Part shown: positions 1-16,309 of the stretch, piece by piece
Numbering within the stretch: the first letter of the stretch is position 1
Layout: every line of letters starts with the position of its first letter
Source: Octopus vulgaris
Lineage: Eukaryota
Length of the DNA stretch: 64,000 nucleotides
Reading direction: 5' to 3'
NCBI GenBank assembly: GCA_951406725.2
Contig: OX597821.1
Location: 61,814,001 to 61,878,000, forward strand
Translations under genes and position numbers: made by a program
Notes under the pieces: generated by a model
What the model saw: only the letters and a program-made list of their open reading frames with translations
Told to the model about the DNA's origin: nothing
Database searches by the model: none

Positions 1-3
1 CAG

Positions 4-43
<40 letters not shown>

Positions 44-1663
44 ATACATGTACATGGGTGTGTGTGTTTATACTTATGTATATTTATTTATACATCATTC
101 ACGTTTTCCATGTCAGAGACGACGAATTCTCGCCCAAGAATATAGCTGGATACCAGTTTATGCCATGATAAACATCTAAAATGCACGAATGGATCCGGTA
201 CACTTGCTTGTCACTCCTGTGGAACTTGGCATTTTACAAATTTAACGAGCTCTTAAACAACCTTCCCCCAAAATATGATGTTACCTTAGGGTGGTTTCTT
301 TATATTAGACACTATATATACATGGCTATTTTGAATATTGCATAATAGCTAACTGCTTGCTTTTCTTTCGCTAGCTTCTCCATGAGTTTTTATAAGTGTG
401 CGATACGAGAAACGAGGAGTAACCACCCAGCTGGTATAATATTTCTTTTCCTTTATTAAATCTGAGTGTAAACGATTAGACTGAAACAGAATAATTATAA
501 ATATATTTCTGTTTGGGGTGTTATTAACTGCGCCAGCGCTGGACAATTGGGAGAAACAATACAATGCGCTACATATACACTTGCAATATGTCGAGAAGAT
601 TCTTTGCTTGTTTGTCCTATTTTGATAGGAGGTGTCATAAATCCCTTTTCTAGTAGACTGAACGACTGCGAACGATCTTCTCCGCTATTTTCGCCTTTCA
701 TTTTGTATTGTTGACTGGCAACTAAGTAAATATATAAACATACTACAATCACTTAACTGACCAAATAGATAGCAATCACTATTTGTTAAAAACAAATGAT
801 TTCAATTATGAATTAGTTCTGTGGCGTTTCAGTGTAGAATAAAATAAGAAAAACCAATCAGCTAATTGTGGGAACCATTTACTAATCCCAGTTAAATTCG
901 AATGAATAATTATTTCTTGAAGGTGTCCTTTAAATAGTAATGATCATAAACCATTTTAAATTGTATCTTGTTTCGAGAGAGTCTTGGAACCAGTTTGGAA
1001 ACTATGTTGGTGCAACGTCACTCGCGCAGAAGATTTGCCTGGTTGAAAATTGTATTTTATCGGCAACAGCTCTCAGTTTTATTTATAATTTTGTCCCTTA
1101 GTCTCGAATATAAAGCCAGTGAGTTAATTCATTAGGTTGCGGATCTAATAACCGATATTAATGCGAAGAGCTTCATACACACTAAATCAAATATATAGTG
1201 GTCAATTATATATGATTAATAGAGGGGATAGGTATATTTTGTGGGTTTTTTTGTCGACTTAAGTACTTTGTTAAATTATACGATAATAACCAAGCATACA
1301 CACTCAGACACACAAATACACACACACATACACACACGTACACATATACAAACAGCTATACTATTGCATTGAAAAGGAGCTAAGAAGAGATTAAAAGAAA
1401 ATGTTTGACAGCTGTACACTGTATTGAAGAGTATTCAATTTGGTCATTATAAAAGAGATTCCGTTCCTTCTACAGAACACTCCTTAATGAAATAACCATT
1501 AGCAGGGTAAATGGAATACATTGTTGTATCTGATTCAGATTTAGAGGAAGGTACATTAATGGAAAATATTGAGTAAATATATGTTTAAGACACTTTGACA
1601 CGTTACTGTGCACGTATTGTTCAATAGGTATCTCGGAAAATTTTCAGTACTGTAATGTGAATA

Positions 1664-1878
1664 TTGGCTTCAAATTTTGAAACAAGGCCCATAATTTTAG
1701 GGGAGGTGTAAGTGGATTACATCGACCGAAGTTCACAACTGGTACGCATTTTATGGAGGAAGAAAATATTAATTGCAAGTTGGAACTTGGCAGAATTTGA
1801 ACTCAGAATATAAAGACGGACGAAAAGCCACTATGCATTTTGCAAAGCGTGCCAACGATTCAGCCAGCTCGATGGCTT
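1664..1878 (-). mobile_element. SINE family A, diverged copy
   Basis: Reverse complement matches the unit at 31226 (gagctgg..gaatcgttggcacgc...ttctgagttcaaattc...cttgtttcaaaatttgaa). Confidence 0.8.
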
Positions 1879-2100
1879 CCCGTTACTCGAATATTTTACA
1901 CAAAGAGGTTAGTAAAGATATTCAAGGCATATTTATATTATAAGGTACAAAGCACAAAGTTACAGTGTATTATGACCTATATAGCTATAGCATAATTTCG
2001 TGTAAATAGAAAGTATATACGTTGATTCATAAAATTATCAACATCTTTATAGGGTTTACTTAAAATTAGTTCTTACACGCACATACACACGCATACATAC

Positions 2101-2165
<65 letters not shown>

Positions 2166-2197
2166 AACTAAATAAAACCTATAAAGATGTTGTTTCA

Positions 2198-2650
2198 ACA
2201 TGATTGATCGCTAAATCCACAATTTTTTTCTCTGTTTATTTCCTCGTGTTCCTTTCTCTTGAAAAGCGTAGGCTCGAAACGTAGAAGACTTTCCCAATCT
2301 CCCGAAACCGATGCATTAGTTAAACACTCGGGAAGTGAGAAAGTCTTTCACCTTTCGAACGTATGCTCTTCGATAGAAAGGAACACAGAAATAAACAGGG
2401 AGAGAAAATAGAAAAAGCTTTAGTGGCTAGCGATCTATCATGGCGAATGCCGGACAGAGGGGTCACACAGAAGTGCTAGGAAGAAGGAGAGATAATAAAG
2501 TAGTGGTAATCGCAAAACGAAGGTGCGCGTGCGTGTGTATGTGAGAGGGTGTATATGCGTGTGGAGGGGGCTGGTCGCATTGACGTGTGCGTGTGTGCAT
2601 GTGAAGGTGTGTAGATGATAGTGTAGGTACTGGTGTATTCTGCACAGTTA
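2198..2650. mobile_element. Penelope-like 3' UTR/pseudo-LTR fragments in inverted arrangement (+ arm about 2198-2305, - arm about 2310-2650)
   Basis: The reverse complement of 2430-2535 aligns with 52736-52845 of the GIY-YIG element (ctactttattatctc...gtgtgacccctctgtccggcattcg). Both arms carry the gaagagcgtaggctcgaaacg-type motif. Confidence 0.8.
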
Positions 2651-4014
2651 AGAGTTAGCAAATACGCTCACATAGGTGAGATCAGTATCAAAGTGGCCGA
2701 TACATACTTAATATTCAACACAATAGAGCTGAACGCAAACCAAGTAGTACGACTCATATTTGATTTACACCACATAAAATATTGATTATGCTTTGTATAT
2801 CTTGTCAGTTTAGATCTCAAAAACGTATATTAGAGACATATTTCACTATATTTATATAAATCTTATAAGAAATATTAATTAAACATATGTACAGATATAA
2901 AATTAAAAGCAAAGCATAGCTTTAAGGAAATAATATGGAGCACTCGTTTTAAAGAGATTTACATAATTATTTACATAATAAGCCTTGTATGGAATATATA
3001 ATATTGATTTTTTTATAAAGGATAGAACAATACACATATCTACATTGAAGGAAAATACAAAATTGTTATTTAGAAAATTAACTTCGGGGAATATTGAAAG
3101 GTAGAAAGAAAGACATTTAGAAAGAAGATTGGGAACCGAGAACTCATAGGAGTTAATTGACGGTTAAAATATTGGAATTAAATATGAAATATAATATAAG
3201 TTGATAATATGTTCGATAGGTAGTCAACAATCTATTAATGCATAAACATCGTATGTTATTCTCATTAAATATGCTACAGTGTTACTGAGAGGAATTCAAC
3301 TCAATTCGTTTCTCTCGTGTATAAATTTGTCTAATTATAGTCTAACTTTGTAGCTTTGAGAAACAAGGATTTTGATACTTTTCTCGAGACTATAATTATT
3401 TTATCACTCTTTATACACTAAAATAAGCAAAACTATATTTTGTACTAATACAGCTTATTTGGTACATACACACAGAAAAAATACAATGCATTTTTGTTTA
3501 TTAGAAAGTGAGATATATGAATATGTATTTCTTTCATGATCATTACATACTAATTTGAAAATATTCAAACTTGCAAAAATTGTATAAATTAGTTTTCAGT
3601 GGAAATCATGTTTCAAATTCGATAAAGTTTCATGTTTAAATAGCACCCCACACTAAGAAACATTCCGTTAAAATGGTGCTAATATAACTCATTACATATA
3701 AATATTTGTACTTGTAAATCATATTATAGGTCATTGGTAAATTTTGTAAGGATAAGTCATTTTGTAAGGATAATCTCAAGTCTTAATTATATATATCCTC
3801 TTATATTCAAAGGTTTACTAACATGTTTTGTTTATAGTGAGACTAATCTTTGTTTCATATTTTTTGTTCCTACATTTTTCACAAAACAGCACTTTCATTT
3901 GAAGTGGGCATTTTGATTAGTACTTGGGATGACCTTATTTTAGCGACCCTAAATGTATAAAAATCAAATTTTTTCCGAAACGATTTAAAATCGGCTCACA
4001 AAACCTGGAAGGAA

Positions 4015-4234
4015 TACCATGCTTATCAGCTTCACCTCCCCAAGCCACCGATGTTGTCCAAGGGAAAGCCAAAGTGCAATATCACAACAGTGATCCCGTA
4101 ACTCATTTCTACAACTGAGTGAACTAGAGCAACTTGAAATAAAGTATCTTGTTCAAGAATATAACATATAACCCGGTCCAGGAATCGAACTGACTACCTC
4201 ATGATTGTGAACCCAACGCTCTAACCTCTGAGTC

Positions 4235-4238
<4 letters not shown>
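4015..4238 (-). mobile_element. SINE family D (tRNA head plus cactcag..gtagaaatgagt domain)
   Basis: Reverse complement reads catgactcagaggttagagcg...gttcgattcctggaccggg (A and B boxes), then ttcttgaacaagatactttatttca...cactcagttgtagaaatgagt. The central part is shared with 21735-22026. Confidence 0.75.
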
Positions 4239-4293
<55 letters not shown>

Positions 4294-4384
4294 CATATGT
4301 ATCATATATACATGTATATTACACACACACATACACACACACATACACACACACACATATATATATATATGTATGTATATCATA

Positions 4385-4510
4385 TATAAGGCATTGGTCG
4401 ACCCGAGACTATAGCAGAGGACGCCTACCAAACCTGCCACGCAGTATGTTTTAGCCCGGGGCTATGTGAATGGGAAGCAAGCTTCTGATCATAAACCAAG
4501 TTTCCGCGTA
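4385..4510 (-). mobile_element. SINE family B, diverged 5' half
   Basis: ttggtcgacccgagactatagcagaggac...gccacgcagt matches the reverse complement of the family B head. Confidence 0.65.
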
Positions 4511-5244
4511 TATGAACATATATATATATTTGCATGTGAGTGACTTTGTAAAAGTACTTATCATGACCATTAAGTGAATGAAATCAGTAAATAGTTTTTT
4601 GTGTGCACATAGCTATATAACTATAGATTTGGGTGGCAAGAATTCGGTCACGTCGGATGCAATAATTTGTCTATGTTACTGTAAGGGAATTAAATAAATT
4701 ACAAACTTTATTATTCAAGGCGGACAGCACATCTACTCATTCACGAAATAATGCAATCCTTCATTTTAAATTCTTCGCTGCTGATCAATCAAGCGGAAAA
4801 CGAGGGGGCATTGACGTTCTCTCTTATCAGTCATTGCAGTTCTGTAATAGATTAAACAACATATCCTAATATAGATAAAAGTGATTGAAATGCTACCAAA
4901 GCTATTTGTCTGGTAATTATCTATTACTGGCTGGCTAGCTGATGTGAATACGTAGAATCTTATAGTAAATTGAGAACAATGATACATGTTTGTTTAACGA
5001 AAAAGAACGAAAACACTACGAAATAAACAGAATCTTCAGACAATGATTGGGAGACTGAGCTATATGGAAAATATCGCACAAATATTCAGGCAAGGCATAA
5101 ATAAATGTAAGATTAAATAAGGCCTTGTCGGAAAAGTATAATGCCAAATATTAGATCGAGATGTGCAGCGAAGAATGAAATATAATTGTAAAGAGGTATA
5201 ACACATTTACAAGATATATAACAACTATTGTTCTCGATAATATC

Positions 5245-5667
5245 TTATTTCTTTATAGCCCACATGGGGGCTAAACACAGAGGGGACAAACAAGGTCAGA
5301 TAAAGGGATTAAGTCGATTACATCGACTCCAGTGCATAACTGGTATTTAATTTATCGACCCCGAAAGGATGAAAGGCAAAGTCGACCTTGGCGGAATTTG
5401 AGCTCAGAACATAGCGGCAGACGAAATACTTTTTTCTATTTCTTTACTACCCACAAGGGGCTAAACACAGAGAGGACAAACAAGGACAGACAAACGGATT
5501 AAGTCAATTATATCGACCCCAGGGCGTAACTGGTACTTATTTCATCGACTTCGAAAGGATGAAAGGTAAAGTCGACCTCGGCGGAATTTGAACTCAGAAC
5601 GTAAAGGCAGACGAAATACCGCTAAGCATTTCGCCCAGCGTGCTAACGTTTCTGCCAGCTCGCCGCC

Positions 5668-5669
<2 letters not shown>
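5245..5669 (-). mobile_element. SINE family A, head-to-tail dimer
   Basis: Two units of about 185 bp (cccac..ggggctaaacacagag...gacgaaatac). Only the distal unit carries the A-box head (ctgccagctcgccgcctt at about 5652-5669). Confidence 0.9.
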
Positions 5670-5736
<67 letters not shown>

Positions 5737-6257
5737 GCTTCTGATCTTAACTGATTGGAAGTGTTATCATGTACATTGTTTTGTCTTGGTATAAAAGATG
5801 GGCTACAGCAAATATTCTGCTCAATACCACAGATTTGCTTGTCAGTTGTTTGACCTTAACCAGTTGAGCATGTCCCTTAGTGGCTGACGATATGTGCATC
5901 TCTGATCACGAGCAGAAGTAGTGGGGGAGCATCATAGCCATGTTTTGAGAGGGATTCTTTGGGGTTTGAATAGTTCACCTCTGGAAACATGGGTGGTTCT
6001 TTCAACATCCTTAAACAACCCTTATTCAGGGACCTTTTGAGCGGGATGGGCTTCTCAACCTGAAGAAAATTCTAACAGGGCCCCACCTGCAAGGTCATGT
6101 GCTGTTTATCTTGATATGAGATCACCATGTCGCGCACATATGGTTGTGATGCATGTGCCTGGTGTACCTTTATCAGACGGGTGGTCATGATGGGTATATT
6201 GGGCTTCGTATATTTTACCCCAGTGTCACTTTGATGGCATGAACTGCTCTCTCACTC
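5737..6257 (+). mobile_element. Non-coding 520-bp retro-insertion (probable LINE 3' UTR or non-autonomous element) within (TAA)n
   Basis: Higher-GC block bounded by (AAT)n at 5669-5736 and 6258-6423. Its 3' end (gcatg...gctctctcactcaat) recurs inverted at about 46728-46754, again next to TAA repeats. Confidence 0.7.
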
Positions 6258-6351
6258 AATAATAATAATTATAATAGTAAAAATAATAATAATGATAATA
6301 ATAATAATAACAATAATAACAATAATATTAATAATAATAATAATAATAATG

Positions 6352-6423
<72 letters not shown>

Positions 6424-7026
6424 TGTTCCCGATATTATCTTCTGTTATGTGAAATACTTTTATGTGTCTATATACACACATAGTATTGTATAAACATCTA
6501 ATTATTAAAATGGAAAAATTAGCAGCAAAGCCATTTCTGTTATTTTTTTTTCAGATATACAATACTGTACCAATGATTTTCTATTTCTTATTCTACTATA
6601 TAATGAACATTCCGAATGTGTTCATTTGGGCGTGTTTGTAGGTAAATAAATACGTGTGTAGAAGAAGATAGCAACGTAATGGCGCATTCATTTTTTGAAT
6701 TGTGAAAATGCGAAACATTCTCCAACTAAAGGTTTATTCAGGCGTTTAAAAATTATACAATTATGCAATCATTTGAGCATACGAAAGACTCAAAATCTGA
6801 AAAAAATATAGTACGTATATTTCCAGTGAGGAGTATACTTCACTGTATGAAACCTATAACTACGAGGTATACGGTTTCTATTTATATCTGTGGCAGTATA
6901 TTTGTTATACTCTAAGGTTTCTTAAAACTATGATTTATACACACACACACGCACACAAACACACACACACGCTCACACACACATGCACACAAATAAACAC
7001 ACACTCACGTACACAAACTTATATAC

Positions 7027-7069
<43 letters not shown>

Positions 7070-7100
7070 TATATGTATATATATATCCATACATACATGG

Positions 7101-7138
<38 letters not shown>

Positions 7139-7314
7139 CTCCAGAATTTAAACTCTGTGTACTATTATGACTTATGAAAACTTACCGATTGTCCTAAGCT
7201 ATAGATACATACATATACACATACATAATACATAATACATAATACATATATAAATATATACACATATATTAATACACTCCAGGGTAGCAAAAATTTGTGC
7301 TTAAATGTACACTG

Positions 7315-7388
<74 letters not shown>

Positions 7389-9669
7389 TTGTATGCATTT
7401 ATTTGTGTGAGTGTCTGTTCTTCAGGCCTGGTCACATGCTTGTTGCATATTGGATTTTGTTTAGATTTTTCTGTGCCAAGTACACAATGTTAAACCAGCG
7501 TAGGATCTAATAACAATAAATACGACCACAACAATACTCTGATGCAAAAATGATGCAAATGAAATAAAGAGAATGTAATAGTAGCTGTAATGCAGATGTC
7601 GAAGGAACTATTGTGGTTAGAAACCATTCATACAAAATATATTTGAAAAATAATCGAAAACCTTTATGTGCCGTGTGGACGGATCGAGAAATAAAAGGTG
7701 GAGAAACTGTGAATGGCTAAAAGGTTAAAATGTTAATAGATGTCATGGATTTCTCTGGAGGAGATATGTCACAAGAATATACCTGGAATTTGTTATTTAT
7801 TGAATAGGGAAATAAGAAATGTAATAGAATATATATAAAAGGAAGATGGACGAAGAAAGTGAGTGTGAACTATAAGACGAAGAAAGGTAAAAGAAAGCGA
7901 AAAGCTGAAGATGCAGATAAAAAAATAGAAACAATCGAAGAAGGAGAAAGTGAAAGGTGAATTGAGAGGGGGAATGAGGAAGAGGAGGAGGATGGAAGAG
8001 AAAAAGTGAAGAAGAGTATGCTGGTTATGGTGATGTTGTTGAAAGGTAAAAGAAAGAAATGAAATAAATTGAGAAGGGAACGAAATTTTAGAAGCTGTGA
8101 GACAACCTTGAGTACTATAACTTTAAGGAAGACATGAAGTTAAAAATATTTGTTTTGTTTAAAAGAATGTAATTGAAATAAAAACTTGATATATACGGAA
8201 CACAATCTTCAATAAACTATGACATTATACAAATTCTCTGATCATAAGAGATCTTCCATGCCACCTCTAATTAATAGGAACTGTAACTCTATAATTCCTG
8301 GCATACCTCCTTCTTAACTGCAGCCAAATTGGACATAGACAATTTCTAACAGCCTAGTCCATCAAGTTTTACATCAGATACAATGTCCATCCGTTGTAGA
8401 CGAAATACAACCAGCCCACAGTTTTCTCCCGCATCTCTAGAGGGAAAGCAAACTCTAGCGCCTCCGATATATGGTACCTCAAAAGAAAAGTATACGATAT
8501 AGTCTAAGAATGGTGAAATACTAAATTCTAACATTATGTTGGCTGTAGGGTTGAAGGAAATATGTTTCGCGCAAATTTTCAAAATATTACAAGCCAAGGA
8601 CTTTCTCCTTTGAATAATATTTCTGCTTCCATAAGCACTTTAAAATCATGCATACTTCAAATCCATACTCTAACTTTAATAGTATATTCCTTCGAAATAT
8701 GTTGCATTATGTTTCACGTATCGAAATTTGCAAGGAGTTTCTCTATATCTTGATTCTAACATCACTCTATAATCAAAGTTTTCTTTATTTAAATGTTACT
8801 GTTATCCATATTTATGATTTATATAATTGTTTTTGCACAATTTTTACAAACTTATCATTTTATCCTCTTTTGTTTTATTCATACTCAACTATTTTTTTTT
8901 AATGGATTGTTAGCATTGAACCTAGAGCTCCCCACTTCCATCTATTGAAACAACCAACAGTCCTTTCCTCACATTTTTTATCTCCACCTCCTCTTCCTTG
9001 AAATACAGTGTTCGGAATATCTCCCTTCATAGACTACAAACCATCCACTTTACTTTACAAACAAGCCACATTATTTGGCTACAGATTATTTCGACAATTA
9101 GAATTTCTGTTCCTACTTCATACGTTCCCTCACAAAAGTTTTTTTAATTTTATTTCCTGATCTAGTTATATATTTATTTTCCTTTTCTTTTTATCGTCTT
9201 TCATCTTGTTGTTATCATTCTTGATCTCCAACTATTTTCCCTTACATTATTGTCTTTTTTTGTCCTTGTATATTCTTTTTATTCTATTTCTATATAACTT
9301 CCATACACTTTAATGCCTGACACAAATCTGCCGCAACCCTTGCATTCAAAACCATAGCTTCTCTTATCACTTATCAGCCGAACCATTCCTTTTAACATCT
9401 CACTCTTACTCCCTCCCCTCACAATACGCATTTACCCTTGAGTATTTCCTGTATAATTTTTCCTTTCTGTCCTCTGGCCATTTTAGATTTTTATTCTTTA
9501 TTCACGTTTTTCATAATATTTAATGTTTTTTTTAACATTATCGATGCTTTTATCAATTGTTCCCTTTTTGAGCATCTTTACTCCCAGCGGTATTATTAGT
9601 TGGAGTCGCAACCTACAAGTTTTCACAATATTTGATCAAAATAGGTTACATTACAACAACAACACTAAC

Positions 9670-10320
9670 AATGGTTTCAAGTTTAGTCAGACTTGCAGCG
9701 GCTGTAGTGTATTGTATGTGTTTGGGGGTAATGTCGAGTATATTGAACACGGAACTTGACTAGTACTTTATTTTATCGACGCTGGAAAGCTGAAAAACAA
9801 AGTTGACATCCTTGGAATTTACCTGATGCACAATCGCGTCTTTCGAAACATGGTGATTTCACATGTTGGCACAAGGCCAGCAATTTCGAGCGAGCGATTC
9901 AGTCGACATCATCGAACGCAGTGATAAAAAAACAAAAAAACTTATGTTATTGACCTCGAAATGATGAAATCAAAAGTCAACATCGGCGGAAAATAAACAC
10001 ACAATAAACTAAATGCTGCCAAACATTCTTCTAGATGTGCTAACGATTCTACCAGCTCGGTGCCTTCATGACAACAGAGACGACGATAACAACAACAACA
10101 ACAATATCAACTGCAATAAAGATAATGGTCTCAAAGATTCGCACACGGCAAAGTAGATTAAATCGACTCCAGTTCTTAACTGGTACATTTTTTTGACCAA
10201 CTTCAAAAGGATGAAAGGCAAAGTCGACTTCGGCATGAACTCAAAAGATAACGACGGACGAAATGACGCTTAGGGAAAGCAATTTTTCCGGCGTGCAAAC
10301 GGTTCTAACAGCTCACCTTA
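9670..10320 (-). mobile_element. Three tandem degenerate SINE family A copies
   Basis: Repeated gatgaaa..caaagtcgac..cggc and gattctaccagctcg motifs at about 9770-9820, 9950-10066 and 10160-10320. Confidence 0.7.
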
Positions 10321-10322
10321 TT

Positions 10323-12392
<2,070 letters not shown>

Positions 12393-12393
<1 letters not shown>

Positions 12394-12651
12394 GCTATTG
12401 AAACCTATTTTAAAATGATACCAGGGTTACCATCCCTACAGGAAGTGCAAAAAAATCGTGTTAACTGGAACAGCTCATGTGTTGAGAAGAGCATTATCAC
12501 TGTGAAAACAACATCCATTCATGAATTTATTTAGTTAATAATTTTTTAAAATACATATTTTACCTGTGAATTTGCGTGTGTAATCTGGGATTGCATACAA
12601 TGAGCTTCTCTGCCCTAGGTGTGAAATCGAAGAAAATTTGAAGAAGGAAGA

Positions 12652-12655
<4 letters not shown>
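12393..12655 (+). mobile_element. Second R4/Dong-like 3' fragment, different subfamily
   Basis: Translates IETYFKMIPGLPSLQEVQK/IVLTGTAHVLRRALSL*, paralogous to KTPGLTNTYNIHKIALLGTAHILRRTLSIQ of the upstream element. It has a different 3' UTR and a (CAA)n(TAA)n tail. Confidence 0.8.
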
Positions 12656-12685
<30 letters not shown>

Positions 12686-13247
12686 AATAATAATTACAAT
12701 AATGATGATGAACCCAACCCGAATTCCAATTCGAGGCTATCTACATTGTTGAATTGGAGCCCGAAGACAATGGAAATTGTACTGATGTAGAAAATGAATG
12801 TATCACATCGATACATCCAATGTGTGGAGTTTAGCGAAGATTTACGCTTCGCTAACCCATCGATTCCAAATAAGACAAATTGCTTAGCACATCTTAAAGT
12901 TGCAACCTACCCTATAAATGCATGCATCTAGACACGCAGACACACACATTCACGCACATATTCGTCGACGCTAATGTTCTGCATCCCCACCTTAACTTGT
13001 CAAGTGTTAAGCAAATATCATATTCCTTAGGAAATGTTCTTTCTCTCTCGGGTAATTTTTAAAGTTTATTGATATAATGCTACTCGTCACAAACATATCT
13101 ATATATTTGTATATATATATATGCCTATCTCTCTATTGTTTCTACACATACACAGGATACACCCTCCTGCATATACATACATACATACATACATACATAC
13201 ATACATACATACATACATACATACATACACATACACATCTATATCTA

Positions 13248-13291
<44 letters not shown>

Positions 13292-13379
13292 AACACATAT
13301 ATATATATATGTATATATATATATACACATATACATACATACACTCAGACATACTCACACACACATATATACATATACC

Positions 13380-13418
<39 letters not shown>

Positions 13419-15422
13419 AAAGAGAGGGAGTGAGGAAGAGGGAGAAAATGAGGGAGAGAGATAGTGAGCATAGCCTAAATAATAGGGGTCCCGCCATAAC
13501 CTACAGTATGACGTAAATATACTTTAGATCTGGGGAGACTACCCCACTTCTAGTCTGTGCACAGTGAATTTTTGCAGAAAAAATGAGATTGATAATCAGA
13601 AAATAAGAAATGTTAAGAAGTTAAAGACATAGCAACTTTATATTACTGCTACTTTGTCGAGCACAAAATCAAGTATGATGAAGTTGGTGACTGCGGTATT
13701 TAAATTCAGATTGCAAAGAGCCGGAATAGATATCGGAGGTCAGTCTATACGAAGTTTTAAAAATACAGCCAAAGACGACCATACAGAAACAAACAATCAC
13801 ACACAAATACCATCTTTTCACTCACATATCTTAGATGTGTAAATGTAATTTAATTAAATTCTTAATGACTATTCATGCCTAAAAACCTATGTACCCTCCA
13901 AAGTTTCATTAGTCAATTTACATCTTTTAATATAGAGTGGATATAAAGCTAGATTTCATTCAAATCATGGTATCATAAGTCTGTCTTTGATATTGACATA
14001 ATGTTTGCGTTTAAGATAAAAATTTTCTTTTGACTTAAACATTTTATAATGACAAGCGACAAACCAATTAATGATTTTAAAGGAAATCTCCGCTAGATCT
14101 TCTCAAATCTTCCAGCTGAATTTGATACAGGCTGTTAAAATATAATTAGATAGATTTTGGGATGATTACGATCGAGAAGATTTAAACATTTCTTTAATTT
14201 CATCTGATACGGACATTGCACATCCATGTTAAAATGCTCGTTCTAATGAAAGTCATAGTGCATTCGTAGATCATAGGAATTTCTAAATATGTTTAATGCA
14301 TTGCTGAAGTGACCTATCTGAATTCATGGAAACATTAATTTTCATTTCAGATCGTGATTCATAACATACATACTTATACGACGCATGATATTTTAAAAAA
14401 ATGTTTTCAAATAACGTCATATCGTTATAGTAGTTATCCCAGCCTACATATCCTGATAAAATAATGCCTTAATATCCTGTTATTTTATAAACCAATAATC
14501 TATAATGCAGCTAGGATAAACACTGTATCACTTTCGACAAACTCAAAATTTTTTCCAATAATCTTAATTTGCTAGCTTTTCCTAAAATGTGTAATTGAAA
14601 TACTTGATTCTTGTTTGCAGTATGTAATGACTTGTATCTCCATCTATCTTACATTTTAGGTTACACATTATTTAGTTGAAATAAATATTAACTTTGCCGC
14701 TGGAAATGCGACCCTCTAGCGTAACATTAAAAAGTTTAGCTGATATAAATACAACAATATGTAAGAAATGTCAAAATAGATTTATAAGTATGCGAGTTTT
14801 ATCAAGTTGGCTATATTAGAAAAAATATCAATATGTAGAAGTTAAGATACTGTACAATTGATAAATAGTGATATAACATATGAATCGTGAGAAATGTGAT
14901 AAAAAGGAAAGCAAAATTTTGACATTAGTCTTTGAAAATAGTATTGAATTTGCATCTGTAGCCTGACGAAACATCTCAGGGAGAAGTTACAAAAGTAATC
15001 TGTTATGAGTATGCATAACTAATTTAAGCTCTACCTCAGTATTTCTAATGGTACACTATTTTCGAAATATTGGTACCTTATTTTCGAAATGCTGAAAATT
15101 AACAATGGTTTCCGTGTAATTTTAACTTATTTCGTAAAAAGGCAAAATAAATACCGAAATATTATCGATTCTACCACATTCAATGCTCATATTCATAATT
15201 AATACTCTAAACAATATTTTTTTAGCCACTGCGATTACGATTCAGATAACCACGTCATTGGCGCTAATGTCCATTTTCATAATACAATTAACTGTCTACG
15301 TGCAAAGGAAACTAAATAAACAATTTTAACCGTTGCCTAACATTGATTGAATATACTGACTAAACATGATTGATTATATTAAGTAGATAACTTTACAACC
15401 GTTGTGATCAAATTATTAACTT

Positions 15423-15465
<43 letters not shown>

Positions 15466-15949
15466 GGTGTTAGTAGGTACCAACAATCTAATTATTTTTT
15501 GCTAAGGTATATCAATTTTAAATTGCAGAGTGAAAGTTGATTCGATCTACTGAAAACATTTATTTTCAGATAAGCATATTTATTAACCCCATTTCTGTGT
15601 CGAACCACAGTATTTCTTACATAGAAAACAAAGTGAAATATTTCATAATATTATACTAATCATAAGTTACCATAAAGCGTCGACTTTTTCCTATAAATGG
15701 CAAGGGGTGGAGCTTACAATTTCTGTCTTTGTGTAACTGGCTGTAACAGAAGTGGAGCGTCATACACCCCGAGCTTTATACGTTGGCAATAATTAGTAAC
15801 AGAAAGAAAAACGTCCTTCGAAAGAGAGAAGGAAAAACGATGAAATGAAGGAATAAGGTAGGGGGAGAATATGGTGGAAGGAAAAATTGAAGTACAAAAA
15901 TGTGAAATAACAGGTGGTGTAGCAATAAAAGAACAAAGCTTCATATAAA

Positions 15950-16200
15950 CATATCATTGACGTGGCTCCAAGTTTGAGCAGGAAACATTATTACTTTTGT
16001 AATCTGCAGTGTGCGGAAATCCCGTGCTTCGGATAAGTGGTGAAAATAATGGTCTCTTGTGTTGAAGTACGTGGCAACATTTTTGCATCGTAGCGTGCAT
16101 CGAATGTCCATTATCAGGAAGACGGCCTGTGTTGCTTCCTCGAAATAAATAATTGCCAAGAAGCTTTGAGATAAAGCAATATAGAAGGTCCGAAAAGATG
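15950..16200 (-). pseudogene. Possible highly decayed mariner transposase remnant
   Basis: The reverse complement gives DNG..H, VATYFNTR and ...cgggatttccgcacactgcagattac, reminiscent of HDNA.H...HPPYSPDLAPADY across frameshifts. Confidence 0.35.
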
Positions 16201-16309
16201 CAAAATAAATTCTGGTGAATGTAGTCCTGTGACCTAGGCTCGGTGATGGTTATATAATTTTGTTAATGTAGGGTCAAGATTTATTTATACATATATATAT
16301 ATGTATAAA

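Noticed and set aside
8230-9520. ORFs 8346-8902 as a gene or LINE remnant
   Set aside because: Short overlapping ORFs with no identifiable motif.
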